The notes beneath the pieces are model-generated. The model saw nothing but the letters and a program-made list of their open reading frames with translations. It was not told the origin of the DNA and ran no database searches. Positions 31,656-41,376 of a stretch of DNA of 50,641 nucleotides are shown piece after piece (position 1 is the first letter of the stretch; each line of letters starts with the position of its first letter). Source of the DNA: Clostridiales bacterium (lineage in GTDB: Bacteria > Bacillota > Clostridia > Christensenellales > JAISNN01); NCBI GenBank assembly GCA_031273825.1, contig JAISRB010000047.1, positions 1-50,641 of the forward strand, given 5' to 3'. The position numbers were made by a program, and so were the translations under genes.

Positions 31656-33788
31656 TCAAAACAACCTCATTTCCTGTCCGGCTTTTTTTAGTATCTCGTC
31701 GCAGTTGGTCATGGCGTTGGTGTCGGTAAAGCACATATCCGCAAAGAAAAGCGTACCCGCGCCGACTGCCGACAAAGCCTCCATTTGCTCGATTGTTAAG
31801 TCGGGTTGCATACAAATCAAAACCTTGTATGCGTCCATGTTCTCGTCGCCCGCGTGCGTGATTATATGCGCCGCGGCGTTCGCCGCCGTAACTTCCTCTA
31901 CGGGTAAAGTTAGCGGTAAGCTGTATTTGAGCATAATCTCGTATACCAAATCAAGAGGCTTGCGGTCGGGCAGTAAATAATCGTAGTACGCAAACACTCT
32001 TTGCGCTAATGCCTCGTAGTCCCGCGTATAGCTGTTGTCCCATTTGCGTAGGTTGGACGCGTCAAGTTTGAATACCTTGAAGCCTGTATCTAAATTTTCA
32101 GACATTTCTTTATTTTTTTCATCATCTCCCCAATAAGCTATCGCCTTTTTGACGGTATGCGTTTTTCCATTTATAATCATATCTCTTCCGTCATCCAACA
32201 GTTTAGCTTTGCCGACCGTAATATCTTGTAACTCGGGCGTTCCGTGTTTTTGATAATATCTATAAATATCGCCATTCTCCAACAAAAAGTTTTTTATCTT
32301 TTCACCCGCACGGCGTATGCGTTCTTTGCCGATTTCGCAAAGGTTTTTATATCCTGCCTTATATGCCTCACTATTCCCGTCAGTTAATTCCGGCATTTGC
32401 ACGCAGATAAATTTGCGTTTGCCGCCGTCCTCCGCGTTTAATTGCATAACTGCGTGCGCCGTCGTGCCGCTCCCACTGAAAAAATCAAGAACTATGTCGT
32501 CGTTTGTCGTGCTAAATGCTATTAAAAATTTTAGCAACGAAATTGGCTTTGCATAATCAAAAGGTGCGACTTCAAAAAGCGAAATGAGATTCTTTTTGGC
32601 GTTATCGTTTGAGTATGCATTTTCAACAAACTCTAACGACAATAGAGGCTTTGTTCTTTCAATATAGCGAATTTCAAAACCGTTCGTGATTCTTTCTATT
32701 GAAGCGTTTTGATATGTTTTAGTATATATTCGGGAATAACCGTCGTATTCTTTTACCACTATAAAGCCATTCTTTAAGCCGAACTCGAACAACTCTTTAC
32801 TCCATCGCCACGCCCAATCTGCGCGGCTGTATTGTCCGCTTTTCCGTGCGTTGTATTTTTCAAGTGAGTTGCCGGGATAAAGGGTTTTGCCGTTAATTTC
32901 AATCGGATAATCCAAGCTTGGACTATATTGCAAACTGTCGTAGTCAAGCGTTTGGTTTAGCTTATATTTTCCCCTTGATTCGACAAATTCATCCTCAAAT
33001 TTAAAACCCTCGTCAGTATGGCTTTGTAAATTAAACCTCACACTTTCCGATTTTGAATATATCAAAATGTAATCATGGTTTGACGCTATTGCGTCTGTTG
33101 TTTTCCCCGCCTTTTTAGTGACTCGCGGTAGTATTCCTAAAAAGTTATACTCGCCGAACACCTCATCGCAAAGTTTCCGCAGGTTCGTAATCTCATTGTC
33201 GTCTATGCTTATAAAAATAACGCCGTCAGGCTTCAAAAGCACCCGTGCCAATTTCAACCTCGGCAACATCATGTTTAGCCAATTTGTGTGATACCGTCCT
33301 GCCGTTTCCGCATTACTTTTTGCCGTTGCGCCGATTATCTTTTTGTAGTTTTCTATGCAGTCGGCAAAGTCGTCTTTATATACAAAATCGTTGCCCGTGT
33401 TATACGGCGGGTCTATGTATATCATTTTAACGCGGTTCATATAGCTTCCCGAAAGGAGCTTGAGAACTTCCAAATTATCGCCCTCAATATAAAGGTTTTC
33501 CGTCGTGTCAAAATCCACGCTTTCCTCTCGGCAAGGGCGGAGCGTTCCCGTGCTGCGTTTTTGTGCAAGGCGTATCGCGTCCAATTTGCCCGCCCATGAA
33601 AAGCTGTACTTTTCGCGTGAGTCCTCGACGTATTCACCTAAACTATTTTGTAGCGCGTCAAAGTCAATTTTCCCGTCCTTAAACACCTCGGGGAAAACCG
33701 CCCTTAACTCCTCAACTCTTGCCGCCGCTAAGTCGGGCGTTTGTCCGTCTATTTTTTCATTTTGCGTTCTCCTTTTCAAGTAAATCAA
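31656..33788 (-). CDS. mod: Type III R-M Mod N6-adenine methyltransferase (start region frameshifted or ambiguous)
   Basis: IEGDNLEVLK, IYIDPPYNTG, FISIDDNE, KPISL, DFFSGSGTTAHA, LDTGFKVF. Confidence 0.93.
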   Translation of the reverse strand: MIYLKRRTQNEKIDGQTPDLAAARVEELRAVFPEVFKDGKIDFDALQNSLGEYVEDSREKYSFSWAGKLDAIRLAQKRSTGTLRPCREESVDFDTTENLYIEGDNLEVLKLLSGSYMNRVKMIYIDPPYNTGNDFVYKDDFADCIENYKKIIGATAKSNAETAGRYHTNWLNMMLPRLKLARVLLKPDGVIFISIDDNEITNLRKLCDEVFGEYNFLGILPRVTKKAGKTTDAIASNHDYILIYSKSESVRFNLQSHTDEGFKFEDEFVESRGKYKLNQTLDYDSLQYSPSLDYPIEINGKTLYPGNSLEKYNARKSGQYSRADWAWRWSKELFEFGLKNGFIVVKEYDGYSRIYTKTYQNASIERITNGFEIRYIERTKPLLSLEFVENAYSNDNAKKNLISLFEVAPFDYAKPISLLKFLIAFSTTNDDIVLDFFSGSGTTAHAVMQLNAEDGGKRKFICVQMPELTDGNSEAYKAGYKNLCEIGKERIRRAGEKIKNFLLENGDIYRYYQKHGTPELQDITVGKAKLLDDGRDMIINGKTHTVKKAIAYWGDDEKNKEMSENLDTGFKVFKLDASNLRKWDNSYTRDYEALAQRVFAYYDYLLPDRKPLDLVYEIMLKYSLPLTLPVEEVTAANAAAHIITHAGDENMDAYKVLICMQPDLTIEQMEALSAVGAGTLFFADMCFTDTNAMTNCDEILKKAGQEMRLF

Positions 33789-34209
33789 TTTTGCCTAAGT
33801 CGGCTTTCTTTTTGCTAATTAAAGTAATTACATATCCAAAAATGACAACGTAATTATTCATAGCGTTAAACATTTTGATGGAAAGCAAATAATCTAACGC
33901 AAACAGTACCACCATACACTTCAAAATGGTATAAATCGCAAACTGGAAGTTCAAACATTCAAGAAAGCCATATTTTTTTGTTTTGAATCGCTTACTTGTT
34001 AGCCATAACACTACAGCAGGCAGCAAGTAAATCAAAAGCCTATAAAGTATCAAAGATATATATTGCAATGCGCTTGTAACATTGCCGTCTTTTTCTAAGC
34101 TTTCCCATAGCGTTCCAGTATCTAATAAAGCGAAACTCAGCGTGATAATTGCAAACACGCCCATAATGATAGGCAACGCTATTAGAAATTTTATAAAAAC
34201 TTTTTTCAT
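33757..34209 (-). CDS. Hypothetical 4-TM membrane protein
   Basis: Four hydrophobic segments; TGATG and ATGA overlaps with its neighbours. Confidence 0.7.
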   Translation of the reverse strand: MKKVFIKFLIALPIIMGVFAIITLSFALLDTGTLWESLEKDGNVTSALQYISLILYRLLIYLLPAVVLWLTSKRFKTKKYGFLECLNFQFAIYTILKCMVVLFALDYLLSIKMFNAMNNYVVIFGYVITLISKKKADLGKIDLLEKENAK

Positions 34210-34583
34210 CAGCTTCCTTTCAATACCTTCAGCACTTTATCCCCAAAATCCTCTTGACAAATCCTTACGATTTCCTCGACAGCCTTTTTGACTTTTTCCT
34301 TAAACGCAGGGGGATAGCCGTTGTTTTTTTTCTTCCCCTCAACATACTCGCTATCGTAGTTATCTAAAAGGTCATTAACAATTTTTCGTGCTTGACTTTG
34401 TTTATTTCCGCTTAGCTTTTGATAAAGAGCTTGTAAAAAATTATTTAATGCTCCGTCACTAACATCTGCTTCATCGTTTAATTGCGAAAGCACCGCCATA
34501 ATTCTATCAAGTTTACTATTATCTTTTATCTTTGAAATTTCGTCGCAAATTCTTTCTCTAATTTCTTTTGATTCGTTACCCAT
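34209..34583 (-). CDS. Hypothetical helical protein (124 aa)
   Basis: GAGG SD; stop overlaps the start of the membrane gene. Confidence 0.7.
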   Translation of the reverse strand: MGNESKEIRERICDEISKIKDNSKLDRIMAVLSQLNDEADVSDGALNNFLQALYQKLSGNKQSQARKIVNDLLDNYDSEYVEGKKKNNGYPPAFKEKVKKAVEEIVRICQEDFGDKVLKVLKGS

Positions 34584-34594
34584 AATTTCCTCTG

Positions 34595-35012
34595 TTAATC
34601 CTTTCCCCTTTTCCCTTTAATTGTCTTTATTTGTTCAGTTTGTAGCTGCAGAATTGATTTTTCTGCTGTCGGTAAATCCTCGGGTATAGTTCCGCCGATT
34701 TCCTCTATTGCACCACGCGCTGCTTTTCCGATTCTGTAATGCACCTATCCCGCTTCCGTTTTGTCGGTCACGATATGTCGCCGCGTACGAACAATAGCTT
34801 GCTATCCTCATCAAGCCGTTCATAAAGCTCTTGAATCTCTTGTTGGCGCGTTTTTAGCGCAAAATAGGTTTGACCTAAGGCTATCACCTCTTTGCGCGGA
34901 TCGCCGTTCATTACGATAAGATAACAAGCTAGCGATTGAGACAATAGTCAGTAATACTGTCTTGTCTGCCCTTTTATTGGCTTCCTAACCTCGGAAAAGC
35001 AATCCCTTTACC
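34595..35012 (-). pseudogene. dinD: DNA-damage-inducible protein D (DinD) remnant
   Basis: Fragments ACYLIVMNGDPRKEVIALGQTYFALKTRQQE and HYRIGKAARGAIEEIGGTIPEDLPTAEKSILQL, separated by a stop/deletion; frameshift before ACY. Confidence 0.8.
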
Positions 35013-35013
35013 A

Positions 35014-35220
35014 TTATTCTTTTGTCCCCTTTTCGTCAAATTTTACTCCGTACTTTTTGCATAACTCGTCAAATCTAACCATTATAAGTTTTGTCGCCTT
35101 ATAATGCCCCATTTCCCATCGATTGACTGTTGTGTAGGCAACGCCAAGCAGCTCTGCAAGTTGCATCTGCGATATTTGTAATTTGACTCTCAATTGTAAT
35201 ACTTTTTCAGCGAAAGTCAT
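35014..35220 (-). CDS. XRE/Cro-family HTH regulator
   Basis: LRVKLQISQMQLAELLGVAYTTVNRWEMG; ATG at 35220 after GGAGAGGTG. Confidence 0.88.
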   Translation of the reverse strand: MTFAEKVLQLRVKLQISQMQLAELLGVAYTTVNRWEMGHYKATKLIMVRFDELCKKYGVKFDEKGTKE

Positions 35221-35251
35221 TGTCACCTCTCCTTTTAGCACTCTATGTTAT

Positions 35252-35280
35252 ATTATAGCAGTTTTCTTTTTCAATGTCAA
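35252..35280 (-). promoter_or_regulatory. Consensus SigA promoter driving the xre-dinD'-orf-orf-mod-HEPN-res unit
   Basis: TTGACA-N17-TATAAT with TG extension on minus strand. Confidence 0.8.
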
Positions 35281-35495
35281 ACTGAGAACATCCGTTTTCT
35301 CCAAAGTTTTATATATAGCTGTTTAAAGTTCGCGTCTTTATAGCTACATTTATTAGGCTAATATTAATCAGTAAGCAGAAGCCTAATTTTTACACCAAAA
35401 AGGTTACACCTAAAATCGCATATAACCTCTTGATGTTTATTTGTTTTTATCACGAACTTGCTGTTTGACCTTACTTTTATATAATTTTTTATTAT

Positions 35496-35521
35496 TGCAA
35501 TTTGTATCCTTCTGTATATCT
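35496..35521. repeat. Right terminal inverted repeat (att arm) of the nested element
   Basis: tgcaatttgtatccttctgtatatct. Confidence 0.9.
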
Positions 35522-35820
35522 AACCCTGCTTGTCTTTTTTAGGTTTTTGCAACGGTTTTGTCAACCTCCAATTCATTCAAATCGGTATTACTTTCGATAG
35601 AATTTTCATTCTTTTCCCTTTTTGCTTGTGGCTGTCTAACCTTGTCCTGTCTTTCCGTTTCGTCGTATTGTTTCCGCCGAATTGCCCTCTTAAAAAAATC
35701 CCTCCACTACTTAGAAAAAAAACGGCCTATCGTCAAGGTGTTTTTAGAAAAGTTTTTTTAGAAACTTTTTAGGTTTTAGACCTTTTGGGCATAACTTCTC
35801 AAAGCGGAAGTAACCGCATA

Positions 35821-35864
35821 AACAAAAAAACGAACTCGCAATCAGCTTGCGGATTCGTTTTTGT
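35821..35864 (-). terminator. Intrinsic (probably bidirectional) terminator downstream of the BREX/AlbA_2 genes
   Basis: AAAAACGAATCCGCAAGCTGATTGCGAGTTCGTTTTTTT on minus strand. Confidence 0.75.
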
Positions 35865-36076
35865 CGTTCATACTTAAAAGAATGCGATATATTAACGTCA
35901 TTCTACATAACGGTTACTCCCCGTCTATCAAGAAATGCTCGTAACGCCGGACTAAGGCGCAAATAGTTCTCTAATCGATAAGACCTTTTGCCATCAATAT
36001 TTTTAGATTTTGTTCGGTATCCCACACAAAAAAGTCCCTCTAAATACATTTTAATATTTAATTAGGTCTTAATACT

Positions 36077-37438
36077 TTAATCGTTAATTATTTCCCAATA
36101 ACCGTCCTTATCCGAACCAATGCGTTTAATTAAGCCTTTTTCTTTTAAGGCTTTTATTGCGCGTTTGATAGTCCCGATGTCCTTTCCCAATCTTATGCAC
36201 ATTGCTTCCGATGTCAATGTTTTATCCTCTTTCAGCATTTCTAAAACGACGTTCTGTGTCTTCGATAATTTTACAGTGGCGTTTACAGTGGCATTTACAG
36301 TGGCGTTTTTGCTTGTTTCGTTAGGGGAAATCCTGAATACTGCAACGATATCCGAGCCGTTGTATCTGTAATCCACATCAGACTTGCCATCGGCGCGAAG
36401 TGCAAGGTTGATTCTTTCAATGCCGCGACCCCACGCCTCAATCATACCTGAGCGGAAAAAGGCGTTGGCAAGCAACGGATTGCGCGGCTTGGATTTGTGC
36501 TGACCTTTTAGGTCGTTGATAGTCCAGTCGTCGGGTAGTCTACCCTCGTTATCAATCTCTACCTTGTCGTCATAAATGCGGATTTGTATCGGATTGTTTG
36601 AATAATAGTCCTTGTGAATGATTGCATTAATAACAGCTTCGCGGAACGCGCTACGCGGAACGGGAAAGATTTCCACCCGTTGAATCCCTTCGTAGGTTAT
36701 CTTCTGCGTAAAATACTTTGAGTAGGTTACGTCCATAATTTTGTCCGGCAATGTAATAAGCGGTCCGCGAAACTCATCATGATACCTGATGTCATCCGTA
36801 ACATTTTGCCTTTCGCTTGTGATATATGCAATCTTAACGTAAGAGCCTAAGACCCAATATTCCGGATTTTCATGAAAAAGCAAGACGGCGGCGCGGTTAA
36901 GCGCACCATTTTTTTGAAGTAGCCCAAGACTCTCCAAAAGTGTTTTATCGCTAATTGCCAAATCGTCCTCAGTCAAGCGGGTGCTCGACAATGCCTTTTT
37001 CCGAAACAGCTTTATTGCATCAATATGCAAATCATCGACAGTTACATTGGGTAAAAGGAAGGAGTCCCATGTCTTTCCCTGAACGCGCAACAGAAAATCA
37101 TCCAAAGTTGCACCCGATAGCTCTTGTGTTGTGCTGCCGGAACGGTAATAATATTTCCCGCGGCAGCTTATCGCCTGACCGTAAGCGTTGACCGAAATAC
37201 GGATATAAGACAGCCCGTCCTCTTCGCGTAGCTCAACATCGGCAACAATTCCCAAAGCCTGCCGTATTTTATTCGGCAAATCCTCCAAGAGCTTTTTGGG
37301 ATTAGAAAGCCCGACAACCTTCCCTTTGTCATCCTTACCGATTTCAAGTGTCCCACCCTTAGTATTTGCAAAGGCGCACAAGGCTTTTAAAAACTCATCG
37401 TCCCACTGACGCTTGTATTCAATCGTTGGGCTTTCCAT
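36077..37438 (-). CDS. AlbA_2 (Schlafen-like) + HATPase_c_4 (RecG-C-like) + wHTH protein
   Basis: ES.TIEYK...AFANTKGGTL.IG..D, REAVINAIIHKDY, PRNPLLANAF...IEAWGRG, RIGSDKDGYW. Confidence 0.88.
   Translation of the reverse strand: MESPTIEYKRQWDDEFLKALCAFANTKGGTLEIGKDDKGKVVGLSNPKKLLEDLPNKIRQALGIVADVELREEDGLSYIRISVNAYGQAISCRGKYYYRSGSTTQELSGATLDDFLLRVQGKTWDSFLLPNVTVDDLHIDAIKLFRKKALSSTRLTEDDLAISDKTLLESLGLLQKNGALNRAAVLLFHENPEYWVLGSYVKIAYITSERQNVTDDIRYHDEFRGPLITLPDKIMDVTYSKYFTQKITYEGIQRVEIFPVPRSAFREAVINAIIHKDYYSNNPIQIRIYDDKVEIDNEGRLPDDWTINDLKGQHKSKPRNPLLANAFFRSGMIEAWGRGIERINLALRADGKSDVDYRYNGSDIVAVFRISPNETSKNATVNATVNATVKLSKTQNVVLEMLKEDKTLTSEAMCIRLGKDIGTIKRAIKALKEKGLIKRIGSDKDGYWEIIND
36270..36308. 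repeat. 12-bp in-frame tandem repeat x3 (NATV linker)
   Basis: tttacagtggcg tttacagtggca tttacagtggcg. Confidence 0.85.
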
Positions 37439-37566
37439 GTTAACCTCGCTTATGTTTTAGTGTATATTTTCATCTTTTCCTTCATGCTTTGGCTGGTTTT
37501 TCAAGTAGAGTTGTCGAAAAAACATTTCTATTTTATAGCCACAAGCAACATTGCCTGGACTCTCAT

Positions 37567-37776
37567 TTATATAAATAACGTACAGCCTTGTGCTTTAAAA
37601 TCTTCTGCTTTTTCAAGCAAAATATCGGTAGTGGTATCAAGATATTCCGCGAGACAATCCATGCAAAAAAAGAATATAATGTTTCGTCCAAGCAGTTTTT
37701 TGTTTAGACCGACTGCAATTTTTGTCAATTCTCTTTTGCACAAATGACATGATATCGGTTTATTTTCTCGCATCAC
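37567..37776 (-). CDS. Small Cys-rich Zn-finger-like protein, last gene of the BREX-4 operon
   Basis: CHLC...CMDC plus C-terminal GCTLF; starts immediately after the brxL stop; AGGAG SD. Confidence 0.75.
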   Translation of the reverse strand: MMRENKPISCHLCKRELTKIAVGLNKKLLGRNIIFFFCMDCLAEYLDTTTDILLEKAEDFKAQGCTLFI

Positions 37777-39276
37777 TCACTCCTCTTTTAATTTATATGT
37801 CGACATGCTGCGTTTGCCAAACTGGGTTGGATCTATTATTTGCATTTGTTTGAACACCGTTTCCCTCATGCGTTTTGCCGGTTGCAAACAATAGGTCATA
37901 AAGTCTTTACGAAAATCCTTATCTTGAATTAATTCACCGTCCGCATGTGGGAAAAATAACTTTAAATATGCAGTGCTCAAGCGCAAAACTGCTTCACTTT
38001 CTCTTTGATCTGCCCCCTGCCTTGTTTGCACTATCCGCTCAATGAGTCCGCGATAACGAAGTGTTTCAGCGGGAGCGCGGAGCAAATGCATTATTTCGGT
38101 AAAATACTCAGTATTAAGTGCCCAATCATTAATTATCATTGATTTAGTCAATGGCGGAATCCTTTGTCCGGGAATAAATCCATGTACGCGTTCTATTAAA
38201 GCTGCATCACGAAAAACCTCCGGCAATTCACGGAACATGTCTTTTGATGCATCCATATCATTTAGGTTTATATTTCCAAGCAAAATAATACCCGCATCAC
38301 CTTCGACTTTAACATTTGCGACATTGACAAATCCAAATTCCATATACCCCTTCAAAATACCTTGCATTTCCGAAGAATCTGGAAAACTAATCGATTTTAT
38401 TTCATCAACTGCAACGAAATCGTTGTACGTTACTATCCCAAATTTCTTAGATGAAATATCATAGAATAGTTTCGCGCGACTTAAGCTGCCGCCGCCCGCA
38501 AGCCAACCATACTTTCCAATATTCCCAAATATGTATGATTTTCCAGTTTGCTGAGGAGCTAGTTCAATAAGGTTAAGTCGCGGTTCGATAAATGGTAGTA
38601 GCCTTGTTAGCATTGTATGCTTTGCTTCCCAAATTTCGTTGGACAAAAGAGGTCTACCGCCAATCTGAGCCAATGCATATCCATCGGCATTATAGTCGAT
38701 AGCACCTAAAACAATATCCATCCATTCTTCCGTATCAAAGTGCTTTCTTGCTTCGCGGAAGGAATCAAGTTTTACAGTATAGGGGCAAAAATTCTTATAC
38801 TCAAGAAGAGTAAAGCGCCCGTTATTCTTATTTTCCTCAGGCGGCATATAACCAAGTTTAACTAATCCCCATCCTCCAGCACCGCCTATAAGTTCTCCCT
38901 TTATTCTTTCCCAGACATAATCTTCAATAATAGTCTGATTGTGCGAAAATCCAAGAACAGGGATTTCAAACGTATAATAATTAGCTCTTGAATTAAACAG
39001 TACATCAATCTTTGCCAAAAATTTTCTCGTTTCTCCATTTGAACGAGCGGCATCTTCGAGTTGTCCCTTTTCTTCACGACGTGGAATAACAATGCTAATA
39101 TATTTGCTCAACGCGTCTATATCACCGATACGACCGTCGCTGTCAGCTTTTTGTTTCAAGATCCAATCGCGTAAAAATGACGGTATCTTTGCGTTCTTAA
39201 ATACCGCAGTTATTGAAGGATCCTTAAAAACTGTCGTCGTTGGGAACAGTTTTCTTAATTTTATTGCATCGTACAT
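37777..39276 (-). CDS. brxL: BREX BrxL-like ATPase (short form without a Lon protease domain)
   Basis: LTRLLPFIE..NLIELAPQQTGKSY, AKLFYD, VAVDEI, LKGYME.G, LIERVHGFIPG. Confidence 0.88.
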   Translation of the reverse strand: MYDAIKLRKLFPTTTVFKDPSITAVFKNAKIPSFLRDWILKQKADSDGRIGDIDALSKYISIVIPRREEKGQLEDAARSNGETRKFLAKIDVLFNSRANYYTFEIPVLGFSHNQTIIEDYVWERIKGELIGGAGGWGLVKLGYMPPEENKNNGRFTLLEYKNFCPYTVKLDSFREARKHFDTEEWMDIVLGAIDYNADGYALAQIGGRPLLSNEIWEAKHTMLTRLLPFIEPRLNLIELAPQQTGKSYIFGNIGKYGWLAGGGSLSRAKLFYDISSKKFGIVTYNDFVAVDEIKSISFPDSSEMQGILKGYMEFGFVNVANVKVEGDAGIILLGNINLNDMDASKDMFRELPEVFRDAALIERVHGFIPGQRIPPLTKSMIINDWALNTEYFTEIMHLLRAPAETLRYRGLIERIVQTRQGADQRESEAVLRLSTAYLKLFFPHADGELIQDKDFRKDFMTYCLQPAKRMRETVFKQMQIIDPTQFGKRSMSTYKLKEE

Positions 39277-39288
39277 TGTTTTGCTCTC

Positions 39289-41376
39289 CTAAAAACTAAA
39301 TTCCACTTCTTCTATCAGTTGTTCACTCGGCTTTGAACGTTTCTTAATAATCGTATCCGTGAAAACCTTAGAGAAAACGATTATTGGGACAAGCCGTTCT
39401 TCAAGAGAAGCCCCACCGTGCAGTTCATTTTTTGGCGCACCCTGTTTAGACAAACGATTATAGCCGCGAATAATCCAATAAACACATTGGCGTTCAAGAT
39501 CGCGTTTTTCCTCAAAACCGTCAGGGCAAACCATCCCTTTTGAAGCTCTCGCGTAACGCCAGTCAAGTGGATTTTTTATCTCTTCATTTATTTTTGCCAA
39601 ATCATTTTCGTATGCGATTATTGCAAGCCTTGACGCCCCGTGATCTGCTGTCAATATTACGCGATCATATTGCATTAACGCCTTGACTACTCGAATAAGC
39701 ACACCTTCTAAAGCATCAAATACAGCAACAATATTCTGTTCGGGAGTGCAATGCTCATGTTTAACAGCACCATCGTGGACAATATCGTCGATCAATTTTG
39801 CCGGAGGAAGCCTATTAATTTTTATTGTTTTATCACCTATTTTATTGAAATCTGTTTCTGTAGGCAGGTTTGCTTCCGCGATATGAATTGATTTGATATT
39901 AATTTCTCTGCGACTAGCCACAGCGAAAATTGCAGGTATATACTCTACGCCCATCCCGTCAACAACAAGTATGGCTGATTTTTCATCTGTAGGCATTTCC
40001 GATAAGAGGACGTCTCTTTTTTGTATCAATGGGGGCAATAAAAAGTCGCCTGCGCTTTTTACAAAATCTTCTGTCACCGTGTTTTTCAGTTTAAATTTTC
40101 TATAATCGTCAAAATAATCATTAAGTTCTTTAATTCCAAAATCATATTCCATAGAGAGATAGTCATCCAACATGGGATATAATCCTTGCCACAAACAAGA
40201 TAACCCTGTTGTCAAATCGCTCATCGATACCCGTCGGACAATTTCTTGTTTTTCCGCCTTTGTTCCGCAGTTAAGCCAACAAGCAACAACATCATTTGTA
40301 TAAGAATTTGCGTTTTCAATAAACTCAACAATAAACGATTCGCCTTGCCCATTTAGTTCTTTTATGGCATCAGCACGTTCTTTGGCATATTTAATAGAAT
40401 TGATATCCCCAAAGACCATTAAGGGATAATCTGAAATATAGACACGTAAAATATTGTCGCAATTTAAATTTTCACTTAAAACTTTTGACATATATGAAGT
40501 GTTGTCTATCTCGTTTTTCAACATCCACACATACGCTATCCATAAATCATCGTTTGGCATTTCTTTTAGTCGTTTTAATGCAAAAATAGAATTAATGTTA
40601 ATTTCTCCAAACTGTTTTTTTAGAAACAGTTTTGGATGTAGTTTTGCACTTTTACTTTTTATTAATAAGCTCTCTATCGTACTTTGTGGCAAATCGGCTT
40701 TGATTTCGTAAAAATGTTCGGCTATACGTTTAACATCAGTATATTGCACGATTCCTTCTGATAGCCCTGCTTGACTTAAAGTAAAATCGCTCAAGGCAAG
40801 CGTAATGTCAATATGCTCGAAATTATCACCAGATTCAAAATTGCCGAGCATATCCAACAACTCAATCCAATTTCTACAATAGCTTTTATTTTCCACCCAT
40901 TTTTGTGACACAAGCCTTACCGTTGGCGGTAAAACAGGCTTGCCGTTTTCGGTAATATTAACTATTTGCAACGAGTTTTCATATTTCGGATTGCTAAATT
41001 GTTTTTTATCAAAGTTGCTTTTGCTAATCATATAAGCAGCATTGAGTTTTTGTTCGTCTATCCTTAACTGTAGTGCAACCATAAATGCATTTCTGCTTTG
41101 CCTACTTACTAATAATAAATATCCGTCAATTCCGATAACGACAACACGTCTATTTAGAGCATGAATCTTTTCATCTATTTCAATTATCAATTCACTAGGC
41201 GTTGGAAGCAAGTATGTATTGTCACTAATGCACTCTGATAAACTTAATATGTAGTCATTATTATTTTTGTGTTGCGCAAGTAATTTTGCTGCCATATCAT
41301 TGTCTGAATAGACTTCAACGCAAGTAGAATCGGTGACAATATATTGTAAATATTCATTAAGAGAATAGTTCATCAC
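39289..41376 (-). CDS. pglZ: BREX-4 PglZ alkaline-phosphatase-fold protein
   Basis: VVDGMGVEY, A.LPTET.FN, LTADHGASRL, HGGASLEERLVP. Confidence 0.9.
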   Translation of the reverse strand: MMNYSLNEYLQYIVTDSTCVEVYSDNDMAAKLLAQHKNNNDYILSLSECISDNTYLLPTPSELIIEIDEKIHALNRRVVVIGIDGYLLLVSRQSRNAFMVALQLRIDEQKLNAAYMISKSNFDKKQFSNPKYENSLQIVNITENGKPVLPPTVRLVSQKWVENKSYCRNWIELLDMLGNFESGDNFEHIDITLALSDFTLSQAGLSEGIVQYTDVKRIAEHFYEIKADLPQSTIESLLIKSKSAKLHPKLFLKKQFGEININSIFALKRLKEMPNDDLWIAYVWMLKNEIDNTSYMSKVLSENLNCDNILRVYISDYPLMVFGDINSIKYAKERADAIKELNGQGESFIVEFIENANSYTNDVVACWLNCGTKAEKQEIVRRVSMSDLTTGLSCLWQGLYPMLDDYLSMEYDFGIKELNDYFDDYRKFKLKNTVTEDFVKSAGDFLLPPLIQKRDVLLSEMPTDEKSAILVVDGMGVEYIPAIFAVASRREINIKSIHIAEANLPTETDFNKIGDKTIKINRLPPAKLIDDIVHDGAVKHEHCTPEQNIVAVFDALEGVLIRVVKALMQYDRVILTADHGASRLAIIAYENDLAKINEEIKNPLDWRYARASKGMVCPDGFEEKRDLERQCVYWIIRGYNRLSKQGAPKNELHGGASLEERLVPIIVFSKVFTDTIIKKRSKPSEQLIEEVEFSF

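Noticed and set aside
35900-36050. FVWDTEQNLKNI fragment resembling a BrnT toxin N-terminus
   Set aside because: Only about 12 residues resemble it, the start is out of frame, and there is no antitoxin partner
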